The notes below the pieces were generated by a model. That model had not been told where the DNA came from. It saw nothing but the letters and a program-made list of their open reading frames with translations, and did no database searches. A stretch of DNA of 36,147 nucleotides from a virus (taxonomy: Duplodnaviria > Caudoviricetes): positions 1-36,147 of IMG/VR virus record IMGVR_UViG_3300044858_003222. One strand, 5' to 3'. Each line of letters begins with the position of its first letter. The first letter of the stretch is position 1. This document shows positions 17,601 through 26,200 of the stretch, piece by piece. The position numbers and the translations under genes are program-made.

Positions 17601-18096
17601 TCAATTTATGGGTGAGCAATATGAATATTTTGACAATAGGTTCTTTGGTTTCAAAAATGGTGCTCCTTATGAATTTAACACAAATACTTCCACGTGGAAC
17701 ACTTGGTTTGGTACTCAATATCCAGTTAGAGTTTGTTGGGTAGTAAATAAGCCATTAAGCGGATTAAAAGATATGTCTGAGATAGTTATGGAAAGTAGCG
17801 TAGCGCCTGATTTTACGGTGGTTTATACTACGTTACCTAATACCCAAATCACAGATTTGATAAATACTGATTATGTGAACCAAGAGGGCATATTGTATGC
17901 TAGATTGTTTAGGGATAGATTATCTCCAAACGCATCAGGTTCGGTTGACCAAAAGCTATTAAACGGGGATATAGTTATTTCACAAATACCTCAAATAATG
18001 GCTGAATTTCAACAGTATTCATCAATAATTTATATTAATTTTGTAGACGTAGGGTTTAACTTATCAAGAGGTCAAAATTTTATTTTGGTTGATTAG
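14641..18096 (+). CDS. Tail stabilization/nozzle (muzzle-like) protein
   Basis: FTAGANQDDS, LYWSDNYNEPKKINI, RLFMGN, IGFYDRFRR, YSSNGLFPIS; beta-rich, 1151 aa, similar in pattern to crAss-like muzzle proteins. Confidence 0.7.
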   Translation: MIRSKKIFTAGANQDDSLHLLEDAQYLRLMNGRVGVTQYGRNARVENVPGTTLISQAVYPPYGTNICIGSCIDTEGQRMLWFICNTFGDHGIYCFDFAANQVYAVIYDSQVQEGLNFNKNYRIDKNCRVINGILYWSDNYNEPKKINIDKGIKTNHATYPTEETAYNLYPNGIPYTTLTIIRRPPFYSLQVAKSNDATYNNNFIERSAFQMCYYYEFVDDEKSRLSAFSELLNFNSPDSNANYIAAELPYSEYIEDEIQRINICAKDVLNNIIFIVKTFDKANANDLAAINAHNAGTAQLAFDFYNNIAGANLDSSQSNIPFDSVPLLTKTLETGTSRLFMGNNLSGYDTPVETSLTIPTSTTTAPASNTFTSEVTSYYIPIKRTTFPFDTTVEEVNFMYTSSYFNKVLYYNTYRNTPPALIPTPLNLADVTIEDYNLTFFLNNFTSTYTPNTTGYDWDYANLSAAYTLPRGYYILINNNTGQFISQNIYKTGASYNISIGFYDRFRRKCGVVSDFTNYNIPEYSFGQSSFVSYLNWALSNSNAVNEIPDWAYYYQILSTKNLNSTAFLQVKIAGAQYATRSTSTTDLTYGNTFSSATYAVGLNISPLNSIGIGYNYQEGDMVKVYISSTPTINLRIIGQDGNYILVDGYDFGTLNATTSNFFIEIYTPKKTFVNEPFFEVSDCYAITNPGTVSREYSTLAGQISGDVYTLERTDTSSALYYTQNMSPNDSMWQFWNTNTGWPNFITTLGQTRNQHEIRYSNVYTAGTANNGLSTFEALNFKSVPLGTGSIQKLQLASKTTEQGVIMLSIGAFQTASCYLGEVQLVGSSSNSALVQDSAVIGTINVLKGMFGTTAPETVVEYLGNIFFYDLNNGQVVQYSSNGLFPISSFKMERLFKNYAKGYLAANNNNLDNINGFHHLPTFIDPFHKEFGISLVGLTYENYASTLPSYATVPSYASSIINRFDISDNLAKSVVFNLSENKWVSDYQFMGEQYEYFDNRFFGFKNGAPYEFNTNTSTWNTWFGTQYPVRVCWVVNKPLSGLKDMSEIVMESSVAPDFTVVYTTLPNTQITDLINTDYVNQEGILYARLFRDRLSPNASGSVDQKLLNGDIVISQIPQIMAEFQQYSSIIYINFVDVGFNLSRGQNFILVD

Positions 18097-18145
18097 TTAA
18101 ATTTGAAAAATAAATAGTAATTTTAAACATCTAAATTAGATATAT

Positions 18146-18751
18146 ATGGACCCGTTTATGATAGGAGGTGCTGTAACAAGCGGCCTTGGTGCTCTTGGTA
18201 AAGTTTTTGCAGGAATAAAGCAGAACAAACTTGCCAATCAAATCAATCCTTTTTTTCAGCAGTATCAAAAAAATCCATTAGCGCAGGAAAATTTAGCTGT
18301 AAATAAAAATATGTTCTATGGCCGTATGCCGGGAGCACAAAAAGCTGAATCTAATATCATGCAATTGCAGTCTAATCTATTTTCAAACGCACAAAGAGGG
18401 GCAACTGATGCTTCTCAGTTGATAGCTGTTGGTTCAGGATTGCAGGGTGGAACTAATGAAGCGTTTTCTAATTTAGCTGCTGCTGAAGGTCAAAGTAAAG
18501 CAGGTTTGCTTACTAATTTAGGTCAAGCATATAGAGGAGCTATTTCAGAAGGAGATAAGGCTTATGAAAGTATGGCTCAAAAATTTCAAATGGATAATCA
18601 AGCTAAGGCTGCTCTTAGACAATCTGGTATGCAGAATATATTTGGCGGTATTGGAGATATTGGAGCAGGAGCTATGCAATTTGGTATGCTAAAAAATCCA
18701 ACGAAATACGGAAATTTTTTATCTAAAACTGGTAGTGCATCTTTAGGATAA
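18146..18751 (+). CDS. Putative ejection/pilot protein
   Basis: Gly/Ala-rich hydrophobic ends and a Gln-rich helical middle; follows the nozzle gene. Confidence 0.55.
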   Translation: MDPFMIGGAVTSGLGALGKVFAGIKQNKLANQINPFFQQYQKNPLAQENLAVNKNMFYGRMPGAQKAESNIMQLQSNLFSNAQRGATDASQLIAVGSGLQGGTNEAFSNLAAAEGQSKAGLLTNLGQAYRGAISEGDKAYESMAQKFQMDNQAKAALRQSGMQNIFGGIGDIGAGAMQFGMLKNPTKYGNFLSKTGSASLG

Positions 18752-18774
18752 AAACTAAATCAAAAGGATAAATC

Positions 18775-20295
18775 ATGGCAGACGGATATAACAACGCAGA
18801 TTACGCATTTATTTTACCAAACTATTTCCCAGCTCCGGGTCAAGTTTTGCAATCAGCTATCGCTAGACAAGATAAGCAAGCTGAAATTGATTATGAAAAT
18901 CAAATGAGGGCAATGTTAGCCGCTCAAAAGAAAGCGGAAGATGATAGAATGAGGAATCTTGGTGTATTATCAAAAGAAACAGAATTTGGACCTCAATATG
19001 CTACTCCTGATTTACAAGTAAATTCAATAACTCAAAAAGAGTTACAAAGAATAAAAAATGAAGGATATCAATTAATCGGCAAAAGTCCAGAAGAATTTCA
19101 AAATTTGTTAAATTCAAAGGTTGCAAAGGTTGCTCAATGGAATAACATGGCAAAAACAGATGCCGCTAATATAAAAGAAAGACAAAAAGAAATAAATTCT
19201 ACATTCCGAAATATTGATATAAATAAAGCTAATTCTTTAGTATCAAAAAGTTTTTTAGAAAATTATACAGAACTAGACCCTGCAACGGGTGAATTGAAAA
19301 TAAAAGAAACTTCTTCAGTTGTTCCAAATAAAAATTATTTTGAGCAATTTGATAATCCAAAAAATTTGGCTTCAATAGTTACAGATGTAAGCCCCTTTTA
19401 CGGTTGGTTCCCAAAAGTTCAATCGTCACAAACTGGCGATAGTCAATCCGTTAGTAAAAATGGAGTGGTTAATAAGGAGTCGTGGACTGCTTATGTTACT
19501 CCATACACAAAGGTTGATTTTGATGAAAAAGGGAAACCTTTTATTTCTGTTACTTCTGTAAGTATGCCATATACTAACCCGGTAACCGGTAAAACAGAGT
19601 CAATGCCTATTGCCGATGATGCGTTGATGACTGATGTTATGGCCAAGCCAGATACAAAGATAGCCGCATATAAAGCATGGGAAGATGAAAAAGCTAAAAG
19701 AAAAGTTGATTATAAGGACCCTGCTATAGATGAGATTATGTTTAAGAATTTTATTTATAACACTGCTAACCGTCTTTTACCACATGAAGTTAAAACTCAA
19801 GAAGTTACTAAAGCACCTGTGATAAATGTTAGCACTGGAGATAAAGCTAAACAAATAGATTATGATTTTATAAACGGTGTTGCAAATGCAATGAAAAAGG
19901 GTGATGATACATCGTTAGATGGTCTTTTGGGTAAATTTTATGCATTAGGTGGAGGTAAAAATACGTATTCTGATACAAAGGTTGTTAGGGATAAATCAGG
20001 TAAACCATTAGAGTATTTACTTTATTTGAAAGACTCAGAAGGTACAGAATTACCAGACCCTGTTTCATTAAAACCAGATGATAAGAATTTATTAAATAAG
20101 ATAACAGGAATTTATCAGCGTCTTACTGGTAGTTCAAAAGGTGTAGAAGCAGAAGTAATAGAAACACCTGTTCCTAAGCCGGCTCCTAAAAAAGATAATA
20201 CGATTTCAGTTATTTTAGATGGTAAAATTGGAGAGATTCCTGAAAAAAATTGGGAAGCATTTAAGAAAAAATATCCAAACGCAAAAAGACAGTAA
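18775..20295 (+). CDS. Putative internal virion/ejection protein
   Basis: Helical N-terminus; lies between the pilot-like and giant genes. Confidence 0.45.
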   Translation: MADGYNNADYAFILPNYFPAPGQVLQSAIARQDKQAEIDYENQMRAMLAAQKKAEDDRMRNLGVLSKETEFGPQYATPDLQVNSITQKELQRIKNEGYQLIGKSPEEFQNLLNSKVAKVAQWNNMAKTDAANIKERQKEINSTFRNIDINKANSLVSKSFLENYTELDPATGELKIKETSSVVPNKNYFEQFDNPKNLASIVTDVSPFYGWFPKVQSSQTGDSQSVSKNGVVNKESWTAYVTPYTKVDFDEKGKPFISVTSVSMPYTNPVTGKTESMPIADDALMTDVMAKPDTKIAAYKAWEDEKAKRKVDYKDPAIDEIMFKNFIYNTANRLLPHEVKTQEVTKAPVINVSTGDKAKQIDYDFINGVANAMKKGDDTSLDGLLGKFYALGGGKNTYSDTKVVRDKSGKPLEYLLYLKDSEGTELPDPVSLKPDDKNLLNKITGIYQRLTGSSKGVEAEVIETPVPKPAPKKDNTISVILDGKIGEIPEKNWEAFKKKYPNAKRQ

Positions 20296-20297
20296 AA

Positions 20298-23200
20298 ATG
20301 GAAGATAACAGTTTTTTTTCTGAATCTGATGGTAATGTAGGTCAAAAACAAGAAAATCCTTTTCTTGAATTTGGTGGTAATATAAAACAAAAAGAAGATA
20401 ATCCATTTTCTGAATTTGGAGGTAGTTTAAAAAAAAAATCTACTCCTGTAGTATCTTCGGGTATACCATCACAATTACCAAGTCAGCCTGATTTTTTAAA
20501 GCAAGGAGCTTCATTAGCTGATAATAGTTTCTTAAAGGAGATTAGTAAATCTACTGCACAATCTGTTGGTCAACCATCTTCTAAGTCAAAATTACCATTA
20601 GAAGGCTTTAGTCAAAAGCAGATTGATTTGCTTAAGAAGGGAGTTGAAAAACCTGCTCAAAAAACGAGTGGCGGATTGATGATACCTACCAATTTGCCAA
20701 AGGAAGATGGGGAGGATAAGGATGAATGGAAGCTTAAAAATTTAGTTCAGAATGTATTTGCTAATTTTGAATTAGCAGGTACTAATTTATTAGCAGATGC
20801 TACTACATTAGTTAAAGACTTGTCTAAAAACCCTTATATTCCTGATGTATCTGCTGTGATGAAAGAAGCAGAAAAAAGTACAGGGAAGTCAATTCCTACT
20901 CCGTGGGAGTTAGACCCTCTTGGTGGTGTAATCAGAGGATTGCATGGTAATCAGGAAAGGATGAAAGAAGTTATTGCTAACAATCCTTTGCCAAATACAT
21001 TTTGGGGTAAGGCAGTGTCATCTGTTGCTAGTTTTGCTCCAGATATTGCAGCTACCGCATTATTGCCAGAAGCTAAATTAGCTCAAGGAGCAAGTTTTTT
21101 AACTAAAACGGGTAACTTATTATTAAATAATTTTACTAAATACATCACAACTAAGGAAGCTTTATCTGGATATGGGGAAGCTAGAAAAAAAGGTGAGGAT
21201 ATTGGAGAGGCTTCGTTAGAAGGCATAAAAGGAGCTGGTAGGGGCTTAAAAACAGGTGTTGAGCTTGCGATTCTTGGAGCAGGTAGTAATGTTGCTACCA
21301 AGTCGGTTATGAATAAGCTTGCACAGTATGGATTAGCGAATATGCCAACTAAAGAACTTGTTAATGCAGGTACAGACCTTCTTGCTTATAGTATAGCTAG
21401 TCCTTATGCTAATGCAGGATTAGAAGGTAGATTAGCTACTGCTGATGAAATTGCAAATGGGGCAGGTGTTGCTTTATTGTTTAGATTAAAAGGAGCAGCA
21501 GAAAATATTAAATCTAATGTAAAACTAAATAAGGCCTTAGAAGAAACCTTAGCAATGAAGCAAGGTGCTGCTGTTTCAAACTTTGTAGATGCTACACCTA
21601 AAAGTATTGTTGAAGTTTATAATTCAAAAGAAAGTGCCGATGAATTTCAATTAAGGGCATTAGCGGCTGCTAAAAAAGCAAGAGAAACTACGGATTTACA
21701 AAAGAAGGCAAAATATGTAGTTGAGGCTAGTACTCTTGTTAGGGCTGCTAATGTTAAGCAAGTTGCTGACATGGTTATTAATAACAGAGATGGATTTGCT
21801 GAATTGAAGGCAAGTGACTTACCTGAGAGTGCTAAAAACGAATTTTTACAAAAAGCTGAGGAAATAAATAAACTTCTAAATCCATTTGAAAAATCAAAGA
21901 CAGATTTAGATAATAAAATAAAAGAATCAGAAGATTTATTCTCTCAATTATCTCAACAGGCAGAACAATCTCAAGACCCAAATGAAAGAGCTCAACTTGA
22001 AGCTCAGGCAAGAGAAGCAAAAGATAGTGCAGAAAAATTTAGAAATGAATTAGCAGAAGTTAAGTTTAATCAAAATAGACCAGATGCTAATGCAGGGAAA
22101 GCTCCTGTAATGGAAGGAGAGGTTGCTCCTGCTGAAGTTAAAATTGGTGATAGTGTTCAATGGACATCTCAAGGCACAGACCAATTTACTGAACCAAGAA
22201 AAATAAAATCTATATCAGAAGATGGTAAATACGCTTTTGTAGAAGGTAGCGATACTGGTATACCTGTATCTGAATTATCAGTTACTGAAGTTAAACCAAC
22301 TGAAGTAAAGTCTGTAGAACAATTAAGAGCAGATGAGCAAGCTGAACTTGATTCTAAGATACCAAATGCAGAACAATACAGAGTAGATGGTAAGGTAGAT
22401 AGAAATAAATTAACGAATGAAGAAGATATAAAAGCTTTTGATGAAGTTTATAATAAATATGATAAGTTAATATCTCCTTTATTAGAGAAGCCAGCAGAAC
22501 AAAAGATAACGGTAGAATTGTTGTCATCTCAAGAGCCTCCTCAAAAAGAAGGAGAAACTATTGTTACATTAAGTGGTAAAACTGAATCGGAAAGAACTGC
22601 TTCTATTGAGCAAAGACAAAAAGATACTAAGGTTTCAGATAAAGTAGTGTCAGATAATGAAATAGTTCAAGCTGCTGAATCTTATTTTAAGAAAAGCGGA
22701 AACTATAAAAATAGCGCAGATGGGAGAGCTGAATTAAATAATTTAAGAATTAAGGCTAGGGAAAATGGCTTAACAATAGATACCGAAAGAGATGCTGTTA
22801 CAAAGTTAAATAAAGCAGGCAGACCTAGAAAGGTTCTTTACAATAATAAAGCTGATGGTGAAGCTGTTGTTGAGCCAAATGCTAAAACTTTAAGAGATAG
22901 GGATATAAATACTCAAAAAGTATATGAAGAACTTACGGATTCTGGAGTATTTTTAGATGTTGAATCTGGGTCTGGAAAAAGAATGAGTGCTTCTCAAATA
23001 GAGGCAGCTATTAAAGATATTAATGAAGGTATACCAAGCAAGCGTGCTAATAAGTATTTAGATGCTTTAGAAAAAGGTCTTGCAGAAGATGCCTTTCCTT
23101 TATACGATAAAGGTATGGGAGGGTTTGCTCCTAAATTAGTTGATATTAGAGCTCAATTGGGTGTTGAAAAAGAAATAGTCGGAGAGCCAATGGATGAGGT

Positions 23201-26200
23201 TGCATTGAATAAATTCTTAGATGAAGAATCAAAACTTACACCTGAAAAAGAACAAGACCTATTAGATAACGTAGAAAATTTACTTTATGAATACGAAACA
23301 ACAGAAGCAGGACCTGAAGGAAAGGTTCAACCAATTGAAGCCGGAGCAAAAGAAGGAGTTCCTTCAGAGGTTAAACCGTCTGAACCTACTAAAAGCGAAA
23401 GACAGGAAGCTAAACAAGAATTAAAACCTGTAAAAGAAAGTGCGGGAAAGCCAAAAGAAGAAGTTAAACCAACTGAATTTAAAGACTTTACGTCAAAAAG
23501 TGGTAATAAAGTTGTTGATGAAAAAGGTGAACCAAAAGTAGTATTTACTGGAACAAATGCAAATAAATTAAGTGATATTGATGCATTATATTTCGAAAAT
23601 GATAAGACTGTAAAAGAAAAACTATCAGATATGTCCCCACATTATCAAATATTTTTCACAGATAATAAGAACGAGGCAAAATCTTATGGTAAAAATACAT
23701 TTGAAGCAAATGTTTATATAAAAAATCCTGTTAAAAATAAAGCAGATTTAGTAAAAACAAAAAGTCAATTAATAAAAGAAGGATATGATGGATATATTTG
23801 GAAATCAGATGATGGCAGAACGCATTATATAGTATTTGACAAATCACAAATTCAAGAAGTTAAACCAACTGAGGTAAAAACAAAAGAAGAATACGAAAAA
23901 ATAAAATCTAATAAAAAGAAAAAGGATTTTGTAAGAAATAATCTACCTGAAGAATTTAAGCCATTGGCAGATGAATTAACAGAAGCCCAAATGTCTGAAA
24001 TAGTAGATAGTAATTTTGATTCAAAAACAATTAAAAATATACAAGATGCCATACAAAAGCAAAGCGCAGCAGAAGTACTTCAACCTAAACAGGAAGAAGT
24101 TGGAGGCACAGGGGGTGGACGTGAACGAGTGGAACAAGGAAAGCAAAGGGATGAGTCTACCGGAGAAGGCAAAGCCAAAGCCGCAGAAGAAACACAGCCC
24201 AAAGGTGCTAAGGAGGGCAAAGTAGAAGAACTTAAAACAAACGATAAATCAATCTTAAAAAGAATAACTGGTAGTGAAAATATATCAGATTCTGTAAAAG
24301 AGAAATTTAAAGATGATTTAAAATACGAAGTAAAAAGTAAAGAAGAAGCTAAAAGCATTGCTAAAAACATAATTAAAGAATATGGCACAGATGATGCTGT
24401 TACACTAGCTGAAGCTAATAAGTTTCATGGAGATGTAAATTCTTTTATATTTAGTGAAGCTATAAATGATACTTACATTAAAGAATCTGAGGCAAAAACA
24501 CCAGAGGAAAAATTAAAGTATGCTGAACAATGGGCTGATTACGCAATTAGATTTGATGAATCAGCTAGGTCTAAAGGTAGGTTTATATCTGCAATTTCTG
24601 ATTTCTACAAAAAATCACCTTTAGGTATAAAATTTGTAGAAAATGAAAGAAGAAACGAAGATTTTAAAAAATGGTATAAAGCCAAAGAGGGTTCATATAA
24701 AGAGGTGTTTGATGAATTGGTTCAAGACCCTAAGTTTAAATCTTTGATTGGTGAAGAAGTTCAAAAAGGATTAAAAGAAGAAAGAGCAGCTCAAAGACAA
24801 GCAAATAGAAAGAAGATTGAAGATTTTTTTGAAAATGCTAAATTAAAAGGCAATAATTTATACGCAGTACCTATTCCTCCTAAAGTTATTAATGGAGCAT
24901 TAGAAGTAATGAAACAATCTGTATTAGCAGGAGAAAGCGTAGTTTATGCTGTAAATAAAGCTATTGAGCACATATCTAAAGAAGTAAAAGATTGGGATAA
25001 GGAGAAGTTTAGAAAAGAATATGAAGCAAAATTATCTTCAATAGAGGGTAAAGCTGGTAAGAGAGAAAAAGAAGAACTTCCTGAAGATGCTAAAAATAGA
25101 ATACTTGATAAGTTTAGGAAAAAATTAAAAGGTCTTAAAGAAAGTCAAAAAGAGCAAGTAATTAGAAAATCATTTAAACAACTTGTTGAAAATGGAGCTT
25201 TAGAATATAATGACTTCAAAAAAATTATTTCTGAAACAATTGGATATGGTGAAATTACTCCAGAAGAAGCTGCAAAAATAACTAAGCTTGTTAATGATAT
25301 TAATTCAGTTGATGAATTAGCATCATCAATAAGAGATGAAGGGAATAGAACTGAGGCAAATTTATTAAAATACCAAAAAGCGAAAAAAGAAGCTGAAAAG
25401 TCAGCTACTGAATTAAATAAGATGGTATATAATAAGACTAATATATCTAATAGATTATTGTCTATTATGCAATTAAATACATTAGGTATACCTTCTTTGG
25501 TAAATAACCCTATTTTCAATATATGGAATCAGGCAACCGTAAGGTTCCCAAATGCTGTTTCTATGACAGTATTAGACCAGATTTTATATGGAGGAAGTAA
25601 AGTTTCTAATAAACTATTTGGAACAGTTATTTTATTACCAGAAAACAATGTACTTACTTCACAAAAAGAATTTTTTAAGAAAGGATTACAAGGAGGTAAA
25701 CTTTCAGCAGAACAATTATTTACAGGATTAACCAATAGGGATTATTTCCAAAAAGAAATATATAGCTCTCAGATTCATCCATTTACATCTATTAAGGATT
25801 TATGGGATTGGAAATTTAAAGGTAAGAATTTAACTCCGGCTCAGGTTGCCGACAAATCAATACAGGCGACAGTAGGTTTACCTGCTGAGATAGTAGCTAG
25901 GGCTTTGAATATTGGTGATAAACCTCAAAGATTTGCAGCAGAAGGTGCTCAGGCAGCAGTATTTGCTAAAAACCTTGGATTAAAAGATATTGATTATGAG
26001 TATTTCTTAGAATTTCCAAAAGAAGAAGCTTATCGAGCTTTTAAAAAACAAGGTTTTTCTGATGATGTTGCAATGAAAAAAGCAGAAGAAATACAAGAAA
26101 GAATTATTAAGCAAGGAGAAGAATCCACATTCCAGCAAGATAATTTATTAAATGATGCGGTAAATTCAGCATTTAAAGTATTCGGAACACCCGGTGAGAT

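Noticed and set aside
11342-18125. TAATTTTA as a distinct phage late promoter (11342, 11703, 18118)
   Set aside because: Positions are suggestive, but an all-A/T 8-mer is frequent by chance here and may just be a variant of TAnnTTTG
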